From positions 22,630,001 to 22,694,000 of the forward strand of contig CP158635.1 of the NCBI GenBank assembly GCA_050273025.1: a stretch of 64,000 nt of DNA, read 5' to 3'. A program made the position numbers and the translations under genes. The notes under the pieces were generated by a model. That model was not told the DNA's origin, ran no database searches, and saw only the letters and a list, made by a program, of their open reading frames with translations. This stretch comes from Cenococcum geophilum. Its lineage: Eukaryota. Shown here in pieces: positions 14,301 to 26,100 of this stretch (the first letter of the stretch is position 1; every line of letters starts with the position of its first letter).

Positions 14301-14779
14301 ATAGCAAACTTAGGTAGACTTTGGATCTATATCCCTATCTAATAGTTGTAATACTCTAGAAGTCCTTAATACTTCTTGTTATTTATAATATGGTGCCGGA
14401 TATATAATCGCTTATACTATTTAATAAATTGCGATACGTTTTATCCTATAAAGTAAAGGGTCCTAGGGGTTCCCAGAGCCGGTATAGGCTAGGCCATAAT
14501 ATATACCTTATCTTGTTCTATTAGTAGTCTAATAAAAGGTAGCGGACCTATAGTTTCTTTAGGGATAGGTAGGTGGACCTCATAACCCTTATCCTCTATC
14601 TATTAAGGGTTGTTAGTCCCTAATATTATGGGAGTTAGGGTTAGTATTATATGCCCTAGTTTAGGAGAGCTTCGCGGTTTAATAGGCTGCTTGCTTTCCT
14701 CTCCCTTTTTAGTACCTTTACTATTGTTATAGAATGGGCCTAACATTCCTAACAATCCCTTTACTAGTACTGTCGCCAT
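8330..14779 (-). pseudogene. gag-pol of element A (RIP-degraded)
   Basis: Gag, protease, RT, RNase H and integrase motifs in gypsy order; many TAA/TAG stops; ends approximate. Confidence 0.85.
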
Positions 14780-15191
14780 TATTATAAATTTAAAGGTAGC
14801 TCCGATAAATATAAGAATAATAATATAGACTGTTGTAAATATAGTAAACAAAATATAAAAGACTTTTCTTTGCCGTTCCTGGTGTACCATAGTCCTTTCT
14901 TTTATCCTTCGTCTTACTATGCTACGTACTCGCCTTCTTGTCGCTGCTTGCCGACTACCATTTCCGCATAAAGAGCTCAGCAAGTGTCGTCAGTTTATTC
15001 TTTATGGCGGTAGCTGCGCATAGGTCGCTAATATACCCGTGCTTCTTTGTCTTAGTCGTTCTATCGCAGTTCCAGATCGTTCCTATGCGTCTCCTATATA
15101 TAGAGCACCAGACTTCTAATCTAAAGAGCTTGCCGTTGTCCCTATATAGAATGCTATAAAATATATAGGAGGGTACGACCTCTCTAAGATA

Positions 15192-15487
15192 TGAAAGTCT
15201 TAGTGCTGTCTGTTAGTCGGTTAGTTAGTCTATCGGTTAGTTACTATTAGTTAGAATTAAGCAGTAAGAAGAGAAAGAAAAGAGTGTATTAAAGGAAAAT
15301 TGTATATCTATTAGCCTCGCCCGAGTTATTAAAGACTCTAAGGGCTTTAGACCGATCTATATAACTTATAAAAGGCCTAGGCTCTCCTAAAGCTATGCCT
15401 AATCTAGATATTAAATCTAAGGGCCAAATCACACCACCACAATAGTGACCCCTAAAAGGGTTAGTATAAAAAACTTTTAAAACTTTA
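15192..15487 (-). repeat. 5' LTR of element A (~296 bp)
   Basis: Begins tgaaag on + and ends aacttttaaaacttta, which matches aacttctaaaacttta at 5136-5151. TGAA...TTCA termini after de-RIPing. The left boundary is inferred. Confidence 0.6.
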
Positions 15488-18400
15488 TCTTGGACCCCTT
15501 AGTCCTTTAGGATATATATAGTACCCTTAAAGCGCAATAGACCCTTTTAGTCTTACTACTATAGTTTTTTAGTAACTCCGGCTAAGTTAGTCTTTACTAT
15601 ATTCTTCTACCTCTCCCTAAAAGTAAAGGCGTCCCTCTATTATACTTAAAGAAGAAGATCCGAAAAGGTTTTATCTAGATTGCTTGTTTCTATTTTACCT
15701 ACCACTATTATAAATATAAGGCGTAGTATAAGACGTTTTAAACTATTAGTGCTAGTAGACTCTACTACTGTTATATAGTATACTACGCTATAGATAGGTA
15801 TCTTACCTATTCCCTTTAGATCTAGAAACTCGCAGCTATATTACTAGAACCTCTTATTATAGAAGTAGGCACGAGCTGGAATACAATGTACTAAACGGGG
15901 TAGTAATTGAAGAAAGCTACGTACGCGTAACTATACGTAGTTATTATAAAGATATTTAGATATAGAAATGGAACAGGTTAGGTATAGGTATAAATAGGGT
16001 TATAGGGGAACGTATATAGGTGTTACGGGACAAATGTGAGCATGGGTTAAGAACGTTAGAACGCGCAGGGACGTGAGATTGGGTAAGTCCCGTAACACCT
16101 CTACACTACTATAAAATTCTATAGTTTTAGAGAAAGAGTTTTTTTTTCCTAAGTAAATTTTGCAATATAGGAATTATTTCCCCTATACTATTCTAGATTC
16201 TCCTAGTTTTATAATCCAGACATCTTAATAACCTATTAGTAGGATTTATCTTTCCTAGGCGGTACGTAATTTTAAAGTTATACTATAATAGTATCTCTAC
16301 CTATTTGGCTTATTAACTGCTTAATACCTTTATAGTTATAAAGTATTCTAGGTTATTATAGTCTGTAAAGACTTTAATAAGATAATTGCTTTATTACTAT
16401 AACTACCGCAAGCAGCTCCTAGTTATGCGTTATATAACGCTGTTTTATAAAGGTTATCTTCCTTAACTAAAACGCTACAAGATGCTATTCTCCGTCCTTT
16501 AATTAAGATATAATTACCCCTAGGGCAAAGCTAGATATATCCGTTTTAAGGTATATATATAGCTCCTAGAAAAAGTATATTAGAATTAGCGCCAATATAA
16601 ATAAATCCTTTAACTAGTCTATAGCCTATTTAGCAGCTTTTTTAAATATAAAAGGTTCTAACTTTTTGCTATTCTTAGATCCTTTTAGTAGATTGGTAAT
16701 TAGGAGTACTACTTATATATAGTAAGCGATAAACCTTTAGTAAAAGTTCGTCGTGCCTAAAAAAACCTATACTTTTCTAAATGTTATAGAGTAGGGCTAT
16801 TCTCTAATAGCGTCTACCCGGCTTTTCTCTATTAACACTCTATTAACGCTAATAATAAAGCTTAAAAAATTAATGCTGGTAATACAGAATAAGTATTTAC
16901 TTAATTTTATATAAAGCTTATATTCCCGTAGTGTTTCTAGTACTATTTACACGTAATATATATATGCTCTATAGTTATTAGAATAGACTATATATATTGT
17001 ATCTAATAGGCCTAATATTACCTTATTAATATAAACCTAAAATATTACCAGTGCGTTAATAAGCATAAATAGTATTACTAGGTACTTAAAGTAGCTATAC
17101 CATATTTAGAACGCCGTTTTCTATTTATTACTAGTTTTAATCCGGATCTAATAGTATATATCTTTTAGATCTAACTTTATAAATATCTTTACGCCTAATA
17201 GCCTATTAATAAGCTCCCCTATTAAGGGTAATAGGTAGTAGTAGTTTAATATAGTAATCTTATTTAGTGCCTAATAGTTAATATATAGATATAGGCCCCT
17301 ATCCTTTTTAGGTATAAATAGGATTAATACTCCTACTAGGCTTATAAAGGGCCAGATTTATCCCTTTTATAGGTTGTTTACTAGATATTAACGTAATATC
17401 GCTAACTTATTTTCTACTAAGTTATATAGGAGTCTAAAAGGAAGTACCTTATCCCCTATATCTATTTTATATTTAACTAATATAAGGTTAAGTAAGGTTT
17501 ATGTAGCTTCTTTACTAAAAACCTTTACTAAATCCGCATATTCCTGTAGAATTTCTGGTTTAACTATATATAACTAAATATCTAAAAGTAAATACCGTAT
17601 ATCCTTATTTTTGGGGTTAAGAGTAATATATATGGTATACGCCTACCCTTTTTCTTATATATAGTCTATAAAAGTCTCTTAATCTTTAACTATAATACGC
17701 GGTTAAGACTTCTGGTGTTAGTATAAGGCTAAAGGCCAGTTAATATCTAAATTAATTTATTAAAGCTATAGGTATTCTAAAATAAGGTTATACCCTTAAT
17801 TTTTGCAACGTAGAAGCATATCTTTTATATATCCTATAGACCATTACGGTCTTAGCTAACCATAGAAAAGGTTTATTCTTTATAGTATAGAATCTAGTAA
17901 CCTCTAATACTTTAAATAGTGCGCACCTATAAGTTACTAAGGTCCAAATCTAATTCTTTTATTAGTAATTAAGAGATAAACCCTATAGTTGCGCCGCTGT
18001 CTATTAGGCAGTCTTATATTACCTATTTATTATTAACTTAAATAGAGATAGGAATAACTATACGGTAGCTTACTCCCCCCTTCTCCTAATTACCTAGTAT
18101 TAGGGAGTAAAGATCTACTAGGCTCTCTCTTTTCCCAATTAAGCTAACTCTTACATCTTCTCTAAGTAATTATAGGCTAGATAGCCTTCCTTTTAATAGT
18201 TATAATAGATAAGTGGCTTTTAGTTCTACCTATTATTATTCTAGGATTACCTGGCATTACTCTAGAACTATAAAGCCTACTCGCGCTATTTCCCTTTAGA
18301 GTAGTTAGGTTAGAATCCGCCCCTATTAAAGCTAGGTCCAGTTCTTTACTTTCCCTTATTAGCATCTTATTCCTTTTACTTACCTTAGTTATCTCTTTTA

Positions 18401-19408
18401 GTATTTTTAATCTAAGTAGCTTTAAAAATAAGCCTTTCTTAGGAGGTGGGGATTTTGCCTTTTTCCTATATAGCCTGTTAAATCTTAAGTTATAGCTTAC
18501 TAAGCAATTAGTAAAGTCGCATTATATTATCCTATAGATCTAAATAGGGTACGTTATCTGTTACCTCTTCTAAGTAGTTTATAAACTAGATTATACTCTA
18601 GCCTTCTTATTGCTTAACGTTATAGTATTACTAGTTATAATCTAATCCTTAGTTAGTAGGGTTTTAGACCTAATTTACTAAATTTAAAGGGTATAGTAAG
18701 TTTCTTCTTCTAGCGTATCTATAAACTCTTAACGGTGCTACGCAGGAAGGTTAAAGCAATTAGTGTCTAGTTATACTTATTAGAGTAACGTTTTAGATCT
18801 AGCCAAAATATAGTTTTATATTAGCGGATAAGATAATTATCGTTTTAGAGATTATTACCCTTATACTTATTAGGGTTCTTTATATGGAATTTAGGTTATT
18901 CTAACACTATAGTATAGTATAGCGTTGCTCCTTTAAGTCCGCTTTATGTCTAGGGTATTTATACTTCCCTATTTATCTATATAATTATTCTTAATAGTTT
19001 AAATATACTTATCTTAATTATATCTCTAACTCCTTTATTTTTTATAGGGTCTTATATAGCGACCGCTTTAATAGCTCCCTAGCGGTAATTGTTTTTAAGG
19101 GTCTTATAAGGTTAGATAGAGTAGCTATAGCTTCTTTATAGGAAGAGGAAATGCGCCCCCCCAGGGAGACTCCGTTAGCCTCTTAGCGTAAGGGTATTCT
19201 TTTAGGGGGTATAGGAGTATGGCCCATTATTATTAATTAATAGCTATATATTCCTTCTGTAACGGATTATAAATAATTAGAATTATAAGAGGTTAGCCTA
19301 ACTAGAACGTATAATTATCTAACTAATAGTATAAAATAAGAGTTATAGGGAAGTAAAAGGTGAGTTAAAGGTAGAACGAGTTGCACGTATTAAAGGATAA
19401 ATACTTTC
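15488..19408 (-). mobile_element. Ty3/gypsy element B remnant (gag-PR-RT-RNase H), cut by element A before the integrase core
   Basis: Protease 'CLIDSGAT' (~17990-18012), RT 'KLDLKDIYY*IRI...KTAF' (~17100-17180), RNase H 'LKTDISSFALG' (~16520-16550). A possible 5' LTR starts tgtaacgga at 19258; its end was not identified. Confidence 0.85.
15855..16097 (-). repeat. Solo LTR of family C (243 bp)
   Basis: Homologous to 19409-19656 and 21502-21749; flanked by TSD cctct (15850-15854, 16098-16102). Confidence 0.93.
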
Positions 19409-21749
19409 TATCACGGAAGTAGGCACGAGCTAGAATACAATATACTAAACGGGGTAGTAATTAAAGAAGGCTACGTACGCGTAACTATGCGTGGTTAATA
19501 TAAAGATATTTAGATATAGAACAGAATAGAACAGGTTAAGTATAGGTATAAATAGAGATTATAGGGGAACGTGCGTAGGTGTCTCGGGACGAACGTAAGC
19601 ATAGGTTAAGAACGTTAAAACGCGCAGAGACGTGAGAGCGTGTAAGTCCTATAATAGTACCCCCCCCTTACTTCCGAGCTCCTGCAAGGCGTGTCGTGTA
19701 TACTAAAAAAACCCAATACGGGAAAAAAAATTCGTTAGCCCTTCTCCACCCTTCTACGTCCTCCGTTACATAGGTTCCTCCAATTTAGTCCTTCTATGTT
19801 TAATTATTAGGCTATTAACTTATTAGGCCTAAAGCATAGCCTAGCTTCTATTGCCAGCTACACTCCTATTCTTACCGCTTAGAGACGCATTGCTAAAGCT
19901 TATATAGTCCCTTTCTCGCTTCTAGCAGCTTTACAGCCTTCCCTTCCTATACTCTAGGTCCCCCTAAAAAATTACCCTAATTTTTGGTCCAAAATAGGCG
20001 TTTTAGGCAGTATTTATTGTCCTAAACGGCAGTATAGTACGGTTAGTACGGTATTCGTAGTTATGGTAAGGTATATTCTTAGCAGGTTCTTATCAGTGCG
20101 GTGTAGTATTCGTATCGTAGGCAGGTTCTTATCGGTGGCAGTACGGTGCTAGCGCAGGTTCCGTAGGCATATCGGCACGGGATCTTATTAAATTCGGGTA
20201 GCAGTATGGTGCCAGCAACGTGTTTGGGTTCCATAGGCGAATCGGCACAGAGCTTATCAGTTCATATAGTAGCAGTACGGTGCCAGCGACGGGGTCGTCT
20301 CGTAGGCATATCGGCACGAGGCTTGTCGGTTTGGGTAGGTAGCAGTACGATGCCAGCGACGGGGTTGTGCGGCTTATAACAGTCTAGGTATTAGATGCGG
20401 ATGGCTTCGGCGGTAGCAGTACAATGCTAGCGACAGGTTCGGGCGGCTTAGGACCATTCGGTATCAGATACAGAAAGCTTCGGCTGCAGGTTCAGACGGT
20501 AGTAGTACGGTACCAGCGACGGGTCGTCTCGTAGGCATATCGGTATGAGGCTTATCGGTTCGGGTAGCAGTACGGTGCTAGTAACGGGGTCGGCTCGTAG
20601 GCGTATCGGCACGAGGCTTATTGGTTCGGGGTAGTAGTAGGATGCAAGCCGTTAGGTATCCGTAGGCGAATCGGCACGGAGCTTATCGGTTTGGGTAGCA
20701 GTACGATGCAAGCGACGGGGTCGTGCGGCTTAGGACAGTCTAGGTATCGGATACAAATAGCTTCGGCGGCGGTAGTACGATGCTAGCGACAGGTTCGGGC
20801 GGCTTAAGATAATTCGGGTATTAGATGCAGAGAGCTTCGGCGGCAGGTTCGGACGGTGGCAGTACGGTACCAGCGACGGGTCGTCTCGTAGGCATATCGG
20901 CACGAGGCTTATCGGTTCGGGTAGGTAGCAGTACGATGCCAGCGACGGGTTGTCTCGTAGGCGTATCGGCACGAGGCTTGTCGGTTCATGCGGTAGCAGT
21001 ATAATGCAAGCAACAGGGCTCGGGGGTCTAGGGAGCAAAGCTCTACCTAGTCGTGTTTGGGTCAGATTGTAGGCTTATCGGCATGACGGGTTATCGGGTT
21101 CGTTTCGTAGGCGTAGCGGCGCGAGATCTTGTCGGTACATAGGGCAGTGCGTGCAGGTCGGTAGGACAGTAGTAAGATACCAGCTTCCGTATTCGTGTTC
21201 GTTATGTAGTAGAATGCGAGCCATTAGGTCAAACCAAAGGGCAGTAACATGCCTGTTCGTAGTCGGTAGCAGTAGGGTGCAAGCTATTGAGGTCGCAGGC
21301 GTATCGGCGCGATGTCTTGTCGGCAGGTTGTAATTCCACAGGCGTATCGGCGTGGTGTCTTGTCGTACTAGTTTAGAACCCTAGCGTCCTAGTCTACCCG
21401 CAGCTAGCAGCTCCTGTATCTACCCCGTAGGCGTAGAAAGGCATACTCCGCGACTAGTAGCCCACAGGCCCGCTAGGTATAGAAAAGGGATCCAAATGTA
21501 GTGTTACGGAAGTAGGCACGAGCTGGAATACAATGTACTAAACGGGGTAGTAATTAAAGAAGGCTACGTACGCGTAACTATGCGTAGTTGATATAAAGAC
21601 ATTTGAATGCAGAATAGAACAGAATAGGTTAGGTATGGGTATAAATAGGGGTTGTAGGGGAACGTGCGTAGGTGTCTCGGGACGAATGTGAGCACGGGTT
21701 AAGAACGTTAAAACGCGTAGAGACGTGAGAGTGTGTGAGTCCCGTGACA
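19409..21749 (-). mobile_element. Non-autonomous LTR retroelement C (2341 bp, TRIM/LARD-like)
   Basis: 248-bp LTRs at 19409-19656 and 21502-21749. TSD ctttc (19404-19408, 21750-21754). PPT complement gtacccccccc at 19657. No gag or pol motifs recognised inside. Confidence 0.93.
20030..21370. repeat. Internal GC-rich tandem array of element C (~65-bp units, ~356-bp higher-order repeat)
   Basis: Recurring cgtaggc(a/g)tatcggcacgaggcttatcggttcgggtagcagtacg(a/g)tgccagcgacgggg; gtaggc at 20531, 20597, 20662; the block from 20341 recurs from 20697. Confidence 0.9.
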
Positions 21750-22857
21750 CTTTCTAACCTTTCTATTTAGAGGCTAATTACTAGTTCTTCTCTAGAGGAG
21801 AACTAGCTCCCTTTATAATCCTTCTAAAACACTAGTAAAACTCTTTACCTCTTATCTGTCTAACTATGTCTTCTCTAGGACATTAGTAGGACATTAGTAA
21901 AACCTTTAGCAGTTTTATCTAATATATACCTTTTAGGAGCGCCTATTATAAAATCTTAGAATATAATTAAAATTTATTTATTAGGTAACCTACTCCACTA
22001 GTTATATTTATATTATTAACTATTCTATGCCTATATACCTAGCCTATTAATAAGTCTACCGTAGTATTTCCTATAAGGCTTTATTATACTAGTCCCTTAC
22101 TAAGCGGTAGCTATAGAATAGTAGTATATAGCGCACTAACTAAATAGGTCATCCGTATATATATTAAGGTATAATATTTAGGATATAGATGCTTAATAGC
22201 TATATGTTTAGCCCTAATACCTCCGTCTATAGTAAGAAGGTAGCTATAAATTCTGCCTTTATTAGTCTTTTATATAGGGAGTAGGTAGCTATATAGCTTA
22301 ATAGCTAATAGTAAGGCTTAACTACCTACTTATCTAGACCCTTACCCTAGTTTACGCATATAGCGATACGACTTTTAGGGTAGACTAGACCCCTTACGCC
22401 TAGGTAACTTTTATTTACTCCTTAAGCGTACTGCCCTAGTAAATAGTCCTATCTATTAGTATACTGATATATATATCTATTCTCTTAAGCTATATAGTAG
22501 TCTCTCTAGCTAGGGTGTAATTTTACCTACTTATTAGGTATACTAGGGGTTAAAGTCTAGTTAAATAGTAAGGTCCCTAGAACTAACAGTAGCTAACTAT
22601 ATACTTTACCTTATAGGAGGCTAGTAATAATATCCCTTATACTAATAACTTACGTCCTCAAAGCTATAGCCTATGCGCACTAATTAATAAGGTGTATATA
22701 CGGACGGTAGGTTATTCTGTGTCACGGCACTGACCTATCGCATACTGTTCCATACTGTCTTGTACTATCTCCTACTATTAGCTGGCCCACCACTAGCGCC
22801 TTGGCGGCTGGCCCTACTATTTATATACGATACCCCTTTTACCTTCTTCTCCTCTTT

Positions 22858-22915
22858 ATACCACAACGTAGTTATTTAGTTTACTTTATTGCAGCACTGT
22901 AACAGTTTGTGGTAT
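22858..22915 (+). promoter_or_regulatory. Putative self-priming PBS structure of element D
   Basis: ttgtggtat (22907-22915), just 3' of the 5' LTR, is the exact complement of ataccacaa (22858-22866) inside the LTR, ~30 bp downstream of a TATA-like tatttatata (22818-22827). Confidence 0.65.
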
Positions 22916-23148
22916 CTCTAATTGCGCCCCGTCGCGATCTTTATTTTTTTTTTTTAGTCCACTATCTCCGTTTTCCCAGTATAATCGCGACCCGATGTAA
23001 CCAACAACACAGTACCACAGTCTCAGCATAGCCTCAGCATAGTCCCAGACAGTCCCAGATAATCTCAGCATTATCCTAGACAATTTTAACAATCCTAGTA
23101 TTACAGCCAGCCTTATAGACTTTAATCGCCTTACCCAGATCCCTTAAA

Positions 23149-26100
23149 ATGGGCGACCATAATATGGATAATACCCCGGCAACAAATACCCCGGCAATAA
23201 ACACCCGCGAAGTACTCGCTTACTTCTTTAATACCTTCCACACTAATATCGCCTGGGCGATTAGGAATAGTCCTGAGTACCCCAAGGACCTTAATGTGGT
23301 AGGAACCTCCTAATACCTCTCTATATGCGCAGCCTTCCTAACCAGTATTGAGAACGGTCTCTAGACCGTCTACGACGAAGGCCGAGCTGCAAAGTCTTAA
23401 CTTAAGAAAGCTTAGCATAGAATTAACTCTCTTAAGACACTTGAACAGCAAGCTTTAGCATATACTAAGACTATACAAAGTCTAAGCTCTTAGATTACCA
23501 TACTTACCTAAACTATTACCGATAAGAACACCGCTACTGGCCCCCCCCTCCCTAAGCCCCGTAGGAAGAAGCGTGAAGCAAAAGATCCAACCCCATTTAA
23601 TGGCAAGGGATCACCAATTGAAAAATAAGAAAATTTTAAAATATAGGAAACGAAGATCTAAGGCGTTTTCTAAAGAGATGCAAAGTGCTTTAAAACCCCA
23701 ATGGACGAAGTCCTCTATATGTTAGACATGCTAATAAATAAGGCTTATAACTATGTTAAGCATGGCCTTAATATACTACGTATATACCCAAACGACTCGA
23801 GCAAATGGACCTTCTCCGACCGTGAGTCTATGCTCGTATATATAAGGAAGCACTATAAGACTATAGATATAACCCAAGCAGCTAAAAATAAGTTGGATAC
23901 CTTAAACCAGGGCGAATGTAACTACTGGTCCTAGAAAGCAGAGCTTAACGAGTTAATGATTAAAGCAAATAAGACTGAGGAATAAAAAGTGGATTTGCTT
24001 AAGAAGAACATCTCTTCTAAAATAAAGGACCTGGCCCTTACCCTCAGCTATAAGATCGGCGATGCTGATTATAAGGGCTAGAGTAAGCAGATGGATATAT
24101 TTGCCTATAACCTATAGAACCACGCCCATTAAATAAAGCTAAATACCGCTAAGCTAAGCACTACTAGTAGCTATTGACCTATATTACCTAACAATACCTT
24201 AGCACTAGCATTACGGAATAACCTAATAGACCTTGACGCCGCTAAATTCGGCAGTGGTAGCAGTAACCTCCCTAATAATGTTTAAAAACATCGCTGGGAT
24301 AATAGACTCTGTATAGCGTGTGGTTAGCTAGGTCACTAGAAAGATGCTTACGACCCCATAAAGAACCTAAATCCCCTCCTAATGCTACTGCGCCAACCCC
24401 TTCCTAGCCGCGGTGGATTCTTTAGCAGAGGAGATAGCAACTAAGGCGGTAACTGTAGACGAGGACGTGGGTTCGGACATAGAGACCTACCCCTACGATT
24501 TCCTTCCCCAATACAGCCCCAGCTGATGGTCCCGTACGTAAACTACGGACAAGTGCTCTGTGTTACCACTAACCGTAAGACTGGCTATGTCCTTGGTAAA
24601 GTACCCCCTAGCATATATACACCATTAGAGACCGATACGTTAGGATATACTAGCCAAGACCACAGCCACTAGCTAAGCCCTATGATCCAGTTATTAAAAG
24701 GCCAACCCTTGGACTAAGTCGCCTCTAAGGGTCAGAACTATACGGGGAGGAGGATAAAAGAATTAGATCTATGCTACTAGATCAGTTAGACCTTATTTTA
24801 AGCCGGCTGCCACTTAATCTTAAAATAGCAAATAATGATAGGAATGCCATCCTTATTTAGACCTACCTTTCCTTACTACGCAACCTACTTCTAGAAGTCT
24901 TTATTAAAACATTAAGCCTCGTTAATAGTGGTAGTATAGCACCAGCGTTTATAGACAAAGACTCGCTTATAAAAAAGCATAATATTATAATAAAAAGACT
25001 CCTAGTCCTAAAACCACTCCGCCTTGCTAACGGACTCCCATCTAGCTCTATTACCCATTACTTTACAGCAAAAATAATAATCGGCCACTATATAGAATCT
25101 ATGCTTTTCTATATTATAAAGTTATTACCCTTAATACTAGTAATCCTTAGAATACCCTAGCTTAAAAAGTATAACCTAAGAATAGACTTCCCCATCCTAG
25201 AGCTTAAGTTTAACTCTAATTACTATGCCTATAACTGTCTCCTATGGCACATTTGTAACTATAACTAAGTAGCACCACGCGGACGCATCGTACGGCCAAC
25301 GCTTAGATACTGTTAGCTAATAGTAAAAGAGGTGCCTAATACCGGTAAACTAATATACATAGTAAATAAAGTAGAGATCCTAGAAGACTAGACTACTAAC
25401 CTATTTCTAAAAAAACGAACACTACCAAAACTATAAGTCCCTTACGTACACCTGCTTAACCTAGGCCAGCCGATAAGATACCTAACTTTAAGTTATTTGC
25501 CATACGCATATATGACCGCACGTATAATAGCTAAGGACGTTATAGCTAAGACCAAAACCAGAGCAATTAAGACCTTCCCCCTATAGCGCCTAACCTTATA
25601 CCCGTCCCCCGCGCGTACCGTGTAAGGCCGCCGCCTTATTTCCGCCCCCCTAGGCTAACCGAGCTACGCTAGCCCAGCTATACCGCCGGAGAACCAGACA
25701 CGCCCCAACCTAGACGATATTAAATACACTTATACCGTTAATTTCACCTAGTTCTATAAATAAAAAGGCGTAAAGGTAATAAGGATCCATATAGCGGAGC
25801 TGGTAGAAATGGTTAAATAAGAAGAGCACCGACAGCTGCTTAAAGAGCTACCTATAGGCCTAATAGAAGTACCGAACCTATTAGAAAAGTCTTTCCGCCA
25901 ACTAGTAGAAGGCGACTATACAATGAAAGAAGCCCGTAAAGCGCTACCCCCTTATTTTTATAACTTCCTTAAGACAAACCTAAAAACTAAGCCTGAGCTT
26001 CTACGCCGGAAGATAGTCGATACTAATATTGAAAAATTCCTAAAAGGCAAACCAGGATTAACCCGCGAAGATATTTTATAATGCCTACTAAAGGAGTTTC

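Larger units (their letters stand above)
5137..15487 (-). mobile_element. Large Ty3/gypsy LTR retrotransposon A (no chromodomain seen; Ylt1-like by inference) with an extra ORF3
   Basis: Minus strand: gag from ~14779, protease 'LINSRAKLNLI' (de-RIP LIDSGAELNLI, ~12460-12495), RT 'PFLNNIIVKG' (FLDD, ~10860-10890), RNase H (~10050-10420), integrase (~8750-9550). 5' LTR is 15192-15487. Only 15 bp of the 3' LTR (5137-5151) lie right of the copia, followed by a PPT complement (ctccttatcttc). Confidence 0.88.

Noticed and set aside
20030..21370. Array as a CRISPR locus, hammerhead ribozyme array or repetitive protein (ORFs 20129-20317, 20730-21038)
   Set aside because: Eukaryotic context, no unique spacers and no cas genes. 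CCGA(T/C)(A/G)AG resembles a hammerhead core but no GAAA partner follows. Unit lengths are not consistently multiples of three.
21755..22719. Possible pogo/Fot1 DDE transposase remnant
   Set aside because: Could not find the DGH-SH or QPLD motifs, or terminal inverted repeats, in the frames read.
22910..22916. tggtatc as a tRNA-Met primer-binding site in D
   Set aside because: The match to TGGTATCAGAGC stops after 7 nt and is offset from the LTR end; self-complementarity with the LTR fits better.
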